NCBI GenBank assembly: GCA_016223105.1
Contig: JACRPR010000072.1
Span: 7,982-71,981, forward strand
Source: Chloroflexota bacterium
GTDB lineage: Bacteria > Chloroflexota > Anaerolineae > UBA4142
Length of the DNA: 64,000 nt
Direction: 5' to 3'
Both the position numbers and the translations under genes were made by a program. The notes beneath the pieces are model-generated. The model was not told the DNA's origin. It saw nothing but the letters and a program-made list of their open reading frames with translations, and ran no database searches. This document shows positions 36,984-46,430 of the stretch, piece by piece. Within the stretch, counting starts at the first letter, position 1, and the number at the start of each line of letters is the position of its first letter.

Positions 36984-37166
36984 TTACCGATTCGACCACC
37001 GCACGACCAGCGCGATGATCGCGATAAAGCCGATGCCAATTATAAGCGACGTTACGCTAATGACAAATTCTGCCGTGCCGGGCGCGACAAAAAATAGCAA
37101 GCCGCCGGACGTGAGTGTAAAAAAAAGCGCGATGCGAAACCATGCCAAGCCAAGTTCTGGGTTCAT
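36984..37166 (-). CDS. Possible small two-TM membrane protein
   Basis: 60 aa with two hydrophobic helices. No convincing RBS. Only its position within the operon supports it. Confidence 0.3.
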   Translation of the reverse strand: MNPELGLAWFRIALFFTLTSGGLLFFVAPGTAEFVISVTSLIIGIGFIAIIALVVRWSNR

Positions 37167-37172
37167 TGTTGC

Positions 37173-37227
37173 TGATGCGTGATGCGTGAAAATTATTCAC
37201 GCATCACGTTTTACGTTTTGCGATTTA
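37173..37227 (-). repeat. ACGTTTT/GATGCGT composite element abutting the ATPase stop codon
   Basis: TGATGCGTGATGCGTGAA-aatta-TTCACGCATCACG followed by TTTTACGTTTTGCGATTTA. The stop at 37211-37213 lies inside it. Confidence 0.8.
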
Positions 37228-38203
37228 CCAAGTGACACGCGACACGCGCGCCATTCGCCTCGAGCAATCCCGGCACATTCTGCTCGCACACCGCGCCGAT
37301 GAATTGCGGACAGCGCGGATGAAACGCGCAACCCGTCGGCAGACGCAAGAGACTCGGCACATCCATACTGCGTAGTTCGATGTGCTTTTTGCGCCGCGTC
37401 ACTTCGGGGTCGGCTTCCGGGATCGCGGAAAGCAAAACCTGGGTGTACGGATGTTGCGGTCGTTCGACCAGGTCGCGCGCCGGCGCGAGTTCGACGAGTC
37501 GTCCCAGGTACATTACGCCGATGCGCCCTTCCCACGCAAAGTATTTCGCGAGCGCGAGATCGTGCGTGATGAACAATACCGCCAGCCCCATCGCGTCTTT
37601 GAGTTTCGTCAACGTGTTGAGCAAACTGATCCGAATCGAAACATCCACCATCGAAACGGCTTCGTCCGCGATGATGAACGACGGCGCGACCGTGAGCGCG
37701 CGCGCGATCGAAACGCGTTGGCGTTGTCCGCCGGAAAGTTGATGCGGAAATTTTTCGAGGTAATCGTCCGGCGGCGTGAGGTCAACGCGCGCGAGCAATT
37801 CGCGCACGCGTTCGCGCGTCGCCGCGTCGCCGCGCGTGAAACCGTGATGGCGCAGTGGCGCGGCGATAATATCGGCAATCGTGTGCGTCGGATTCAGCGA
37901 GGCGTACGGATCCTGGTGAATCATTTGCACGCCAAGCCGGTATTGTTTGCGATCATCGCCGCGCAAGTTCGCGATGTTTTGATTGCGAAACAAAATTTCG
38001 CCGGACGATACCGGCAAAACGCCCGCGATCATTTTGCCGGTCGTCGTTTTGCCGCATCCCGATTCGCCGACGAGACACACAATCTCGCCTTCGCGAATCG
38101 CGAGCGACACATCGTCCACCGCCTTGATCGTTTGGCGTTTGACGGCGAACGTGCGCGTAACGTGGTTGAGGGTGAGAATGGGGTTGGACATTGGATTATG
38201 CAA
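37211..38203 (-). CDS. ABC transporter ATP-binding protein (OppF/DppF-like)
   Basis: Walker A GESGCGKTT, signature LSGGQRQR, Walker B IIADEAVS, C-terminal oligopeptide-type extension. The start is TTG 38203 or ATG 38191. Confidence 0.85.
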   Translation of the reverse strand: MHNPMSNPILTLNHVTRTFAVKRQTIKAVDDVSLAIREGEIVCLVGESGCGKTTTGKMIAGVLPVSSGEILFRNQNIANLRGDDRKQYRLGVQMIHQDPYASLNPTHTIADIIAAPLRHHGFTRGDAATRERVRELLARVDLTPPDDYLEKFPHQLSGGQRQRVSIARALTVAPSFIIADEAVSMVDVSIRISLLNTLTKLKDAMGLAVLFITHDLALAKYFAWEGRIGVMYLGRLVELAPARDLVERPQHPYTQVLLSAIPEADPEVTRRKKHIELRSMDVPSLLRLPTGCAFHPRCPQFIGAVCEQNVPGLLEANGARVACHLVNRKT

Positions 38204-38555
38204 GAACCATCGGCAAGGGTTTTAATTCGCGCCGCAACGGATCCAACGCCAACCCAAGCGATTCAAGCGTGAACGCGCCCAAAAGTTCGCTGTCGCCGGC
38301 TTCACCAAAAATCACATCCGCGCCACCAATCCGTTCGCCGTATTTGAAGATCGCAACGCCTTTTTTACGCGCGATGGTTGTGCCATCCGCCAAGCGAAAT
38401 TTTTCTGTCGTCAACGGTTTGATGCCCAGTTTTTCCAGAATGGGCGTCGGCACGACCGAATAGATCGCGCCCGAGTCAACGAGGAACTCGATGGTTTCAG
38501 TTATTTCAGGATTCGCGACATTTGCAACTTGAACACTCAAAACAGCCAGTCCCAT
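38196..38555 (-). CDS. Retropepsin-like (clan AA) aspartic protease domain protein
   Basis: ATG 38555 (GGGAGAGG upstream). FLVDSGAIYSVV D-S-G active-site motif. 119 aa single domain. Confidence 0.6.
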   Translation of the reverse strand: MGLAVLSVQVANVANPEITETIEFLVDSGAIYSVVPTPILEKLGIKPLTTEKFRLADGTTIARKKGVAIFKYGERIGGADVIFGEAGDSELLGAFTLESLGLALDPLRRELKPLPMVLA

Positions 38556-38576
38556 TTTTGCCTCTCCCGAAAATAA

Positions 38577-38630
38577 GTTTGTAGGGCGCGCTTGCGCGTT
38601 CTGAACGGCGATGAATCGCCGACTACAAAC
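38577..38630. repeat. Hairpin element GTTTGTAG...CTACAAAC between the RHH and protease genes
   Basis: GTTTGTAGGGCGCGCTTGCGCGTTCTGAACGGCGATGAATCGCCGACTACAAAC, with outer 8-bp arms and two inner hairpins. Confidence 0.7.
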
Positions 38631-38662
38631 AATCAATTGTCCTTTCAAAATATAATCGCGGA

Positions 38663-38890
38663 TCAATAGCGATCGTGCTCGGTAGAAAGATCAGGCAAGC
38701 CGGAGTGAAAACGTCCGGCGGCGGCAAGCGCGCGGCGTTTGCGTTCCGCGCGATCTAACGCGCCGCGCGCGCGTAACATTTGATCTACCGCTTGGCGAAT
38801 CAAATCCGCCGGTTTTTTTTTCTGCGCCGCCGCGAGCGATTTCAACGCGCGCGCTTGCGCTTCACTCAGTTCAATTTGAGTTCTGACCAT
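38663..38890 (-). CDS. Ribbon-helix-helix (CopG/VapB-like) antitoxin-type protein
   Basis: GGAGG RBS. N-terminus MVRTQIELSEAQARALKSLA is an RHH pattern. The C-terminus ...FHSGLPDLSTEHDRY is typical of VapB-like RHH antitoxins. Confidence 0.6.
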   Translation of the reverse strand: MVRTQIELSEAQARALKSLAAAQKKKPADLIRQAVDQMLRARGALDRAERKRRALAAAGRFHSGLPDLSTEHDRY

Positions 38891-38902
38891 CGTTCCTCCT
38901 AT

Positions 38903-39880
38903 TCATGTCGTACGCCAATTCCAACACGCGACGCGATGCCCGCTCGCAATCTCTTCCAGTTCCGGCTCATCGCGTTTGCACCGCGCGTCCGCGCGCGGAC
39001 AGCGCGGATGAAATTTACACCCGCTTGGCAATTCGATCAAGTCCGGCGGCGAACCTGGGATCGAAGTCAAATCTTCTTTCGCGCCTTGAAGCGTCGGCAC
39101 CGCGTTGATCAAGCCAATCGTGTACGGATGCGCGGGCGTTTTGAACGTCGTCGTAACATCTGCAAATTCGACGATTTTGCCGGCGTACACCGTCGCGACA
39201 CGATCGGCGAGTTCGGCGGCGAGCGACAAATCGTGCGAAATAAAAATCAACGAGAAATCGAGTTTGCCGCGCAATTCTTTCAGCACGTCCATAATATTGC
39301 GTTGCGTCAGAATGTCGAGCGCGGTCGTCGGCTCATCGAGAATCAAGAGTTGCGGTTCGAGCAGTAAGCCGAGCGCGATCAGCACGCGTTGCCGCATGCC
39401 GCCGGACAATTCGTGCGGAAACGATTTCCACACGCGTTCCGGATCGAGCCGGACGAGCGTGAGCAAATGTTCCGCGCGTTCTTTCAGCGCGCGCCCTTGC
39501 AAATAGTTATGCGCGCGCGCCGTGTCGCCGAATTGATCCGCGATGCGTAAAACCGGGTTGAGCGAGTTGAGCGCGGATTGAAACACCATCGCGCACTCTT
39601 TCCAACGAAACTCGCGGAGGGCTTTGCCCTTCAGCGTGAGCGCGTCAATCGTTTTATTGTCGCGATGATACAGCGCATTGCCCTGCGTGATCTTCGCGGT
39701 ACTCGGAAGCAATTGCACCACGCCCAAGCCGAGCGTCGTTTTGCCGGAACCGCTTTCGCCGATCAGCGCGAGCGCATCGCCACGCGCAACGTCGAAGGAC
39801 ACGTTGCGAATCGCGCGCACCTTGCCGCGCCGCGCGGCGTATTCGATGGATAAATTTTGAACAGATAAAGTTGGAGGCAT
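38903..39880 (-). CDS. ABC transporter ATP-binding protein (OppD/DppD-like)
   Basis: ATG 39880; the upstream extension is repeat-encoded. Walker A GESGSGKTT, signature LSGGMRQR, Walker B LILDEPTT. Confidence 0.85.
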   Translation of the reverse strand: MPPTLSVQNLSIEYAARRGKVRAIRNVSFDVARGDALALIGESGSGKTTLGLGVVQLLPSTAKITQGNALYHRDNKTIDALTLKGKALREFRWKECAMVFQSALNSLNPVLRIADQFGDTARAHNYLQGRALKERAEHLLTLVRLDPERVWKSFPHELSGGMRQRVLIALGLLLEPQLLILDEPTTALDILTQRNIMDVLKELRGKLDFSLIFISHDLSLAAELADRVATVYAGKIVEFADVTTTFKTPAHPYTIGLINAVPTLQGAKEDLTSIPGSPPDLIELPSGCKFHPRCPRADARCKRDEPELEEIASGHRVACWNWRTT

Positions 39881-39968
39881 AGTTGGATGGTTGGATAGTT
39901 GGGTAGTTGGGTAGTTGAATAGTTGCGTGGTTGGAAGAATTATCCAACTATCCAACTATTCAACTATC
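39880..39968. repeat. Word-repeat hairpin (GGATAGTT/GGGTAGTT words)
   Basis: ATAGTTGGATGGTTGGATAGTTGGGTAGTTGGGTAGTTGAATAGTTG ... TTATCCAACTATCCAACTATTCAACTATC. Confidence 0.75.
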
Positions 39969-39971
39969 TAA

Positions 39972-40085
39972 TTTGACAATGTCAGATTAGCCACAGAATC
40001 ACACAGAAACACACAGAATAAGAAAAAATTTCTGTGAAATTCTGTGTGTTTCTGTGGCAGAAAAAGGAAATCTGACATTGCCAAA
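39972..40085. repeat. Nested two-level hairpin (outer GACAATGTCAGATT, inner CACAGAA words)
   Basis: TTTGACAATGTCAGATT-[AGCCACAGAATCACACAGAAACACACAGAA ... TTCTGTGAAATTCTGTGTGTTTCTGTGGC]-AATCTGACATTGCCAAA. Confidence 0.8.
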
Positions 40086-40976
40086 CTAAACACTTGTGCG
40101 TAACCTGGGATTGAAAACTTCTTCGAGCGAACGCGCGAACGAGATGAGCGCGAGTTGAAACAGCACGATCGCGCCAATCGGCGCAATAATGCTCCACGAC
40201 GCGGCGGCGGTGTACAGCACGCCGCGCCGCTCCGCCGCGGAAATCATCACGCCCCAATTTGCGCCCGAGTACGGCACGATGCCGAGAAAGACCAAACCGG
40301 TCTGTTGATAAATCGCGAACGTCATGGTGAAAATCGTCGAGACCGCGATGAACGACATCATATTCGGCAAAATCTCGCGGAAAATAATTTGGCGCGTGCC
40401 GAGATCGAGCATCGTCGCGGCTTCGATGTAATCGCGTTTCTTGAGCGACAACACCTGGGCGCGCACCTGACGCGACAAGCCGGGCCAATCCAGGAACGCC
40501 ATCAAAAGCGAAAGCGTAACGGGATCGTTTAATTTGATGACGGTCGCGATCACCGCGAGCAGAGGAAATTTTGGAATCGTCATCCAGATATTGACGAGTT
40601 CCATCAACGCACTATCCACGCGTCCGCCGACGAACGCGCTGAACGCGCCGACCGTTACCGCGAGCAAGGTCGCGATGATGCCGGTCAGAAACGCGGTAAT
40701 CACAATGTCTTTGCCGCCATTGATCACCTTGCGTAAATTATCCTGTCCTTGAAAATCGGTGCCAAGAAAATGTTTTTCCGACGGACCCTGATTAATGTCC
40801 GCGACGTTCGCCGAAGTTTCGGGTTGCCAAATGATCGGACCGACAAACGAGAGCAGGACGATGACGAGCGTCATCACAAAACCGAACAAGCCCATCTTGT
40901 TGCGCGCGAGCAGTTTGAATGTTTTGATCGTCTCGCGCGCAAAACCGCCGATCCCATCGCGTAACGCGTTCATCAA
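40086..40976 (-). CDS. ABC transporter permease (OppC/DppC-like)
   Basis: 296 aa, 6 TM, binding-protein-dependent transport inner-membrane signature region (..AATMLDLGTRQIIFREILPN..). Confidence 0.85.
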   Translation of the reverse strand: MMNALRDGIGGFARETIKTFKLLARNKMGLFGFVMTLVIVLLSFVGPIIWQPETSANVADINQGPSEKHFLGTDFQGQDNLRKVINGGKDIVITAFLTGIIATLLAVTVGAFSAFVGGRVDSALMELVNIWMTIPKFPLLAVIATVIKLNDPVTLSLLMAFLDWPGLSRQVRAQVLSLKKRDYIEAATMLDLGTRQIIFREILPNMMSFIAVSTIFTMTFAIYQQTGLVFLGIVPYSGANWGVMISAAERRGVLYTAAASWSIIAPIGAIVLFQLALISFARSLEEVFNPRLRTSV

Positions 40977-42046
40977 TTGCCCCCTCCCGCGATGCGGATG
41001 CGCGGATCGAGCCAGCCGTACAGAAAATCGGCGATCAAGTTGGAAAAGACGACCGCGAACGTGATGACCAAAAACACGCCTTGCATCACCGGATAATCGC
41101 GATTGCCGAGACTATCCGCCAACAAAAATCCGACGCCGCGATACGCAAACAAGCGTTCGAGCAACAGCGAGCCGCCGACTGCGAACCCGATCGAAATCGC
41201 GAGCCGCGTGAACAAGGGCAGGGTCGCGTTGCGTCCGACGTACGCGGTGAGGATGCGAAAATCGCTCAAGCCGCGCGCGCGCGCGGCGGTAACGTAATCT
41301 TCGCCGAGCGTCGCGATCGTGTTGCTCTTCATAATCAAAATCCACGAGCCAACTGACGCCAGGACATACACGAGCAAAAGCACTTTGACGTGACTGAACG
41401 CATCCGCGAAAAATTCGAGCGAAAATTCCGGTTGGATCCCGGGCGATAACGCGCCGCGCATTTCGCTAAACGGAATAATTTTCCACGTTACGCCGAGCAA
41501 TAAAATTGCGAGCAAGCCGATCAGGTACGGCGACACGGCGTCGAGCGTCGCGGCGATGTTGCTGATCAGATGATCGAACCAGGTGTCGCGCGCGTACGCA
41601 ATGAGCGCGCCGAGCGCGATGCCGATGATGAACGTGATCGCGAGCGACAAGCCGACGCTGAACAAGGTCCAGGGCAGAACTTGCGCGATCATATCCGCCA
41701 CGTTGAGCCCGCGCGAGCGGTACGATTTGCCGAAATCGCCGCGCACGACGTTCGCGAGATAATCGAGATATTGCTCGTGCGCCGGCTGATTGAGATCAAT
41801 GCCCATGAGCGACGCGGCTTGATTGAGCGCTTCGTCCGCGGAGAATCCTTGCGCGGTGAGGTCTTGGATCAAAATGTCCACCGCGTTGCCCGGCATTGCG
41901 CGCACCACAAAGAACGTGATCGTCACGACCACCCAAATTGTGAACATTGCTTTGACGATGCGGCGCAGGACATAGTTCGATGTGATGCGTTCGATCCGCG
42001 CGAGCAGTGAAAATGTTTGTGGCTGGGTTTGAGAAGTTACTGCCAT
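40973..42046 (-). CDS. ABC transporter permease (OppB/DppB-like)
   Basis: 357 aa. ...YVTAARARGLSDFRILTAYVGRNATLP EAA-loop region. Overlaps the next permease gene by 4 nt. Confidence 0.85.
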   Translation of the reverse strand: MAVTSQTQPQTFSLLARIERITSNYVLRRIVKAMFTIWVVVTITFFVVRAMPGNAVDILIQDLTAQGFSADEALNQAASLMGIDLNQPAHEQYLDYLANVVRGDFGKSYRSRGLNVADMIAQVLPWTLFSVGLSLAITFIIGIALGALIAYARDTWFDHLISNIAATLDAVSPYLIGLLAILLLGVTWKIIPFSEMRGALSPGIQPEFSLEFFADAFSHVKVLLLVYVLASVGSWILIMKSNTIATLGEDYVTAARARGLSDFRILTAYVGRNATLPLFTRLAISIGFAVGGSLLLERLFAYRGVGFLLADSLGNRDYPVMQGVFLVITFAVVFSNLIADFLYGWLDPRIRIAGGGN

Positions 42047-42074
42047 AAATAACCTCGAAGGTTGTGCGGCAAAT

Positions 42075-42545
42075 TTATAAATTTGCCATACGTTTCCAAA
42101 ATATCAACTCGCTCACACCTTGTATCACATAATCATCCAATTTGCCAACTTGATGATAACCGAGCCGCGCGTAAAATTTTTGCGCGTCCGTGTTGAAATC
42201 GGAAACCAGGAGAAAAATGTCGCGCGCTTGCGCGTGCGTTTCCGCAAACTGCATCAACGCGCGACCGACGCCGCCCGCGCGCGCGTCCGGTCTGATGCCG
42301 ATCAGTTGGATGTACGCACTCCGGTTGAACGCGCCGCGCGCGACAAGCCACACAAAACCGATCACATCATCCCCGCGCGTCGCGACAAAAATCGTCGCGC
42401 CGGTCGCGAGCCCGTCCGCTAAACGCGCGGCGAAACCGGCTTCAGTTACATTGTAACGTTGCCACAACGGTGTCGCCGCGACCCAGCGCGCGATGCCGGG
42501 AATGTCGGCGCGCGCAAGCGGGCGGAAGGTGAGTGAGTCGGTCAT
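42075..42545 (-). CDS. GNAT-family N-acetyltransferase
   Basis: 156 aa. QLIGIRPDARAGGVGRALM acetyl-CoA-binding motif (R/Q-x-x-G-x-G/A). Confidence 0.7.
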   Translation of the reverse strand: MTDSLTFRPLARADIPGIARWVAATPLWQRYNVTEAGFAARLADGLATGATIFVATRGDDVIGFVWLVARGAFNRSAYIQLIGIRPDARAGGVGRALMQFAETHAQARDIFLLVSDFNTDAQKFYARLGYHQVGKLDDYVIQGVSELIFWKRMANL

Positions 42546-42549
42546 TTTT

Positions 42550-42625
42550 TATGGGACGCGGATGAGCGCGGAGGAACGCGGATAAAAAAGAATAATCCGC
42601 GTTCGTCCGCGTTTGTCCGCGTCCA
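42550..42625. repeat. Family R ~76-bp hairpin element (copy 1 of 3)
   Basis: TATGGGACGCGGATGAGCGCGGAGGAACGCGGATAAAAAAGAATAATCCGCGTTCGTCCGCGTTTGTCCGCGTCCA. Confidence 0.85.
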
Positions 42626-42627
42626 AT

Positions 42628-43470
42628 TTACATTCGCAAACGCGGATCGAGCGCGTCGCGCAAACCGTCGCCGAGTAAGTTGAAACCCAGCACACCGAGC
42701 ATAATCGCCAGCCCCGGCGAAATCGCCATCCACGGCGCGATCTCCATCATCCGCCGGCTCTCGCTCAACATACTGCCCCAGGATGGTTGCGGCGGTTGCG
42801 TGCCGAGACCCAGGAACGACAACGCGGCTTCGGTCAACATCGCCCACGAGAGCGCGAGCGAAACCTGGACGATGATCGGCGCGACCATATTCGGTAAAAT
42901 GTGGCGCGTCAAAATTTGCAAATGATTCGAGCCGACACACCGCGCCGCCGCGACAAATTCCATTTCTTTGATCGCGAGCACGGGACCGCGCGCGACGCGC
43001 GCAAAGATCGGCGTGTAGACGACGGCAATCGCGAGAATCGTGTTCGTCGCGCCCGGACCGAGCGCGGCGACAATCGAAAGCGCGAGCAAGATCGCCGGGA
43101 ACGCGAAAAATAAATCCATCACGCGCATAATCGCATTGTCCGCGATGCCGCCCGCGTAACCGGACAACATTCCAATCGCGGTGCCGATCAATGTCGCCAA
43201 GCCAACCGCGAAAAGCGCGATGCGAAGCGAACTCGACGCGCCGTGCATCAAGCGGCTGAGAATGTCGCGCCCAAATTCATCCGTGCCGAAAAGATGGTGC
43301 GCGCCCGGCTCTTGCAAACGATCCGCCGCGCGTTGCTCAATCGGCGAGTACGGCGCGAGCACACCGGCAAACACCGCGACGATCAAATAGATCGCGACGA
43401 GCAGTAAGCCAATGTTTGCCGCCGGGTAACGGAGGAGGCGCGGGAGTTTTCTTCGCAAAGTTGATTTCAT
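42628..43470 (-). CDS. ABC transporter permease (DppC-like), second system
   Basis: ATG 43470. 6 TM. EAA-loop region EFVAAARCVGSNHLQILTRHILPN. Confidence 0.85.
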   Translation of the reverse strand: MKSTLRRKLPRLLRYPAANIGLLLVAIYLIVAVFAGVLAPYSPIEQRAADRLQEPGAHHLFGTDEFGRDILSRLMHGASSSLRIALFAVGLATLIGTAIGMLSGYAGGIADNAIMRVMDLFFAFPAILLALSIVAALGPGATNTILAIAVVYTPIFARVARGPVLAIKEMEFVAAARCVGSNHLQILTRHILPNMVAPIIVQVSLALSWAMLTEAALSFLGLGTQPPQPSWGSMLSESRRMMEIAPWMAISPGLAIMLGVLGFNLLGDGLRDALDPRLRM

Positions 43471-43530
43471 AGCGATGTGGCGCGGGCGGCTCGCCCGCAA
43501 ACGCGCGGCGGGCGAGCCGCCCGCGGCAGA

Positions 43531-44484
43531 TTACTCGTACCGGATTCGCGGATTCACAAACGCGTACGCGAGATCGGCGAGCAGATTGATGATCACAAAA
43601 TTGAACGCGATAAAAATCACCGCGCCTTGCACGACCGCGTAATCGCGTTGGCTGATGCCGTTGAGCAACAAGCGCCCGACGCCGGGCAACGCGTACACTT
43701 CTTCGACGACAATCGCGCCGCCGAGCAAATAGCCCATCTCGACGCCGACGAGCGTGATCACCGGGATCAACGCGTTCTTCAAACAATGTCCCACGATCAC
43801 CGCTTGCTCGCGCAAACCTTTGCCGCGCGCGGTGCGCGCGTAATCCTGAAACAATTCTTCGAGCAAGGATGATCGCGTCGCGCGCATCACCGACGCGGAA
43901 AACGCGAGACCGAGCGTGATCGCGGGAAATAAAATTTGTTGCAAATTCAAAAGCGGGTTTTGCGTAAACTCGACATAGTTGCCCGAGTTGGGCAAAATTC
44001 CAAGATAAAGCGACAAGACCAGGATGATGATCGTGCCGAGCCAAAAATTTGGAAGCGCGAGACCGACGAGCGAAAATAATCGTCCGAACAAATCGAGAAA
44101 CGAATCGCGTTTGACCGCGGACAAAATTCCAACCGGCAAACCGATCAGCAAACCGACGATCACCGCGCCGAGCGCGAGTTCGAGCGTGAGCGGAAAGCGA
44201 TTGAGAATTTCGCCCAACACCGGTTGTCCACTGCGAACCGAAAATCCAAAATTGCCTTGCAGTGCGTTCGTGATCCAAATCCAGTACTGTTCCGGCAAAG
44301 ATTTATCCAAACCAAAATACGCGCGCAGAGACGCGGCTTGCACTTCAGTTAATTTGTATTGCGTGCCGATCATCGCGCTGATCGTGTCGCCGGGAATTAG
44401 TCGCATCACCAGAAACACAATGATCGAAATACCAAACAGAGTCGGCACAAGCGCGACGAGACGTTGTAAGATAAAGCGTTGCAT
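43531..44484 (-). CDS. ABC transporter permease (DppB-like), second system
   Basis: 317 aa. DYARTARGKGLREQAVIVGHCLKNALIP EAA-loop region. Confidence 0.85.
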   Translation of the reverse strand: MQRFILQRLVALVPTLFGISIIVFLVMRLIPGDTISAMIGTQYKLTEVQAASLRAYFGLDKSLPEQYWIWITNALQGNFGFSVRSGQPVLGEILNRFPLTLELALGAVIVGLLIGLPVGILSAVKRDSFLDLFGRLFSLVGLALPNFWLGTIIILVLSLYLGILPNSGNYVEFTQNPLLNLQQILFPAITLGLAFSASVMRATRSSLLEELFQDYARTARGKGLREQAVIVGHCLKNALIPVITLVGVEMGYLLGGAIVVEEVYALPGVGRLLLNGISQRDYAVVQGAVIFIAFNFVIINLLADLAYAFVNPRIRYE

Positions 44485-44496
44485 AGTTCGAGTGGG

Positions 44497-44557
44497 TAGT
44501 AAACAGTGAACAGTCTACGCACGACTGATCACTGTTTACTGTTTACTGTTGACTGAC
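44497..44557. repeat. Word-repeat hairpin (CAGTAAA/CAGTGAA words)
   Basis: GTAGTAAACAGTGAACAGTC-tacgcac-GACTGATCACTGTTTACTGTTTACTGTTGACTGAC. Confidence 0.75.
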
Positions 44558-46212
44558 TATTTGTCGAGCCAGGTTTCGCGCAGGTACGTGTTCGCGCCGT
44601 TCGCCAGCGGCACAAAGCCCTTGACGTACGATTGCATCACACGATACTCGTAGCCGACGTACAGCCACACCCAGGGCACGGCGTCCGCAAGTTTCTTTTG
44701 AATGTTGTCGTAAATCTCTTTGCGTTTCGCCGGGTCAGCGGTGACGCGACCTTGTTCCAACAACTTGTCAATTTCCGGGTCTTTGTAATTCGCGACCAGG
44801 TTCAAGTTGCCGGTGCTGTGCCAATAGCGGAAGAACATGATGTCGGGATCGGGATTGCCACCGTTGAGCGCGACCGTCGCATCGAAATCGCCCTTGAGCC
44901 AGCGATCCACATACACGCCCAGCTCGAGCGATTCGATTTCCGATTCGATGCCGATCTTTTTCAATTGCGCTTGAATGTTTTGCGCTTCGGCGAGCGCGGT
45001 CGGCGGTTCAGCATTCGCCGCCATAATTTTGAATTTCACGGTTGGATTACCGGCATCCGCCAACAATTTTTTCGCGCGATCCATGTCTTTGGTGTAGCAG
45101 AACAAATCTTTTTGCGCGGTGCGATAGAACGGCGGCGTCGCGGGCGAAGTAACTTCACCTTCACCGAGCGACGCGACATCGAGAACTTCTTGACGATCAA
45201 TCGCGCACGACACGGCTTGGCGCACCTTAACATCTTCGAACATCGCGCGCGACGCGTTCAATTGCAAAACGTGATACGCGAGAGCGGGCGCGCGCGTGAT
45301 CGTAAGACCGCTTCCGCCTGCGCCGGCGCGAATGCCGACGCGCGGATCGTTGATCAACGCCCAGTCAATCGTTTTCGCGCGCAAGCCGGCGAGAATGCTC
45401 GCTTCATCTGGGATTGTGCGGAACTCGATGCCCGCGAGACGCGGTTGACCTGGGATCCAATAATCCTTGTTCGCGTCGAGTTTCAAAATTTTGTCCGGTT
45501 GCCAATCCGCGATCTTGAACGCGCCGGTGCCATTCGAAACTTTTGCCGGGTCTTGTCCGCCGCTCACTGCTTTGCGCGAAAGGATCGCGCTGTTGAGCAA
45601 CGTCATCGACGCGGGCAACGCGCCGTTCGCGGTTTTCAGCGTGAACACGACCGTGCTCGCGTCCGGCGTTTCGATCTTGTCAATCAGCGCGTAATTCGCG
45701 CGCGCCGCCGCGCCGGTTTTTTCATCGAGGATGCGCTCGAATGAAAATTTCACATCGTCCGAAGTCATCGCATCGCCGTTGTGAAATTTCACATTCTTGC
45801 GAAGCGTCATCGTGAGCGTCTTGCCATCTTCGGACCACTTCCACGATTCGGCGAGATGCGGAACGACTTTCATATCTTTGTCGAGCGTCACGAGCGGATC
45901 ATAAATCAACTCGAGCACGCGGAACGACGCGAACGCGGTTTGTTTGTGCGGGTCTAGCCCGGTCATATCCGTCGCGCGCGCCGCGAACAGGATGCCGCCG
46001 GTTTTCGGCGCGGCAGTCGGCGCGGGCGTAACCGTAACAACTTTTTCGACGACTTTGGTTTGTTCGACGACCGTCGTCGCTTGCACGACGCGCGTTTGTT
46101 CGACAACTTTGGTTTGCACGACCGGCGCGGGCGCGGTCGGCGCGGCGCACGCGATCAACATTATCGCGGCAAGCGCGAGCAGAGAAACGATCAGTGTGAT
46201 TTTGCGTAACAT
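44557..46212 (-). CDS. ABC transporter substrate-binding lipoprotein, family 5, second system
   Basis: ATG 46212 with GGAGGAG RBS. Lipobox LIAC. Repetitive tether QTKVVEQTRVVQATTVVEQTKVVEKVV. Family-5 body. Confidence 0.8.
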   Translation of the reverse strand: MLRKITLIVSLLALAAIMLIACAAPTAPAPVVQTKVVEQTRVVQATTVVEQTKVVEKVVTVTPAPTAAPKTGGILFAARATDMTGLDPHKQTAFASFRVLELIYDPLVTLDKDMKVVPHLAESWKWSEDGKTLTMTLRKNVKFHNGDAMTSDDVKFSFERILDEKTGAAARANYALIDKIETPDASTVVFTLKTANGALPASMTLLNSAILSRKAVSGGQDPAKVSNGTGAFKIADWQPDKILKLDANKDYWIPGQPRLAGIEFRTIPDEASILAGLRAKTIDWALINDPRVGIRAGAGGSGLTITRAPALAYHVLQLNASRAMFEDVKVRQAVSCAIDRQEVLDVASLGEGEVTSPATPPFYRTAQKDLFCYTKDMDRAKKLLADAGNPTVKFKIMAANAEPPTALAEAQNIQAQLKKIGIESEIESLELGVYVDRWLKGDFDATVALNGGNPDPDIMFFRYWHSTGNLNLVANYKDPEIDKLLEQGRVTADPAKRKEIYDNIQKKLADAVPWVWLYVGYEYRVMQSYVKGFVPLANGANTYLRETWLDK

Positions 46213-46353
46213 TTTATCTCCTCCTGGAATCCAATCTGAACGATTGACCGAGCAAAGGTCGGGGTAGCCATCCTCCTTTCGATTTTTTATCCGCGAACCC
46301 TGGCACTTGCGTTCCCGCCAGGGCAAGTGTAACGCGAATCTCCGCGAATTTTT

Positions 46354-46430
46354 TATGGGACGTAGATGAACGCAGATGAACGCAGATTTTTTCTTCTTAT
46401 CCGCGTTCGTCCGCGTTTGTCCGCGTCCCA
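46354..46430. repeat. Family R hairpin element (copy 2 of 3)
   Basis: TATGGGACGTAGATGAACGCAGATGAACGCAGATTTTTTCTTCTTATCCGCGTTCGTCCGCGTTTGTCCGCGTCCCA. Confidence 0.85.

Noticed and set aside
46213-46353. Structured region upstream of the second substrate-binding-protein gene (hairpin CCCTGGC...GCCAGGG) as a riboswitch
   Set aside because: There is only one simple hairpin and no recognisable conserved riboswitch core. It is left unannotated.
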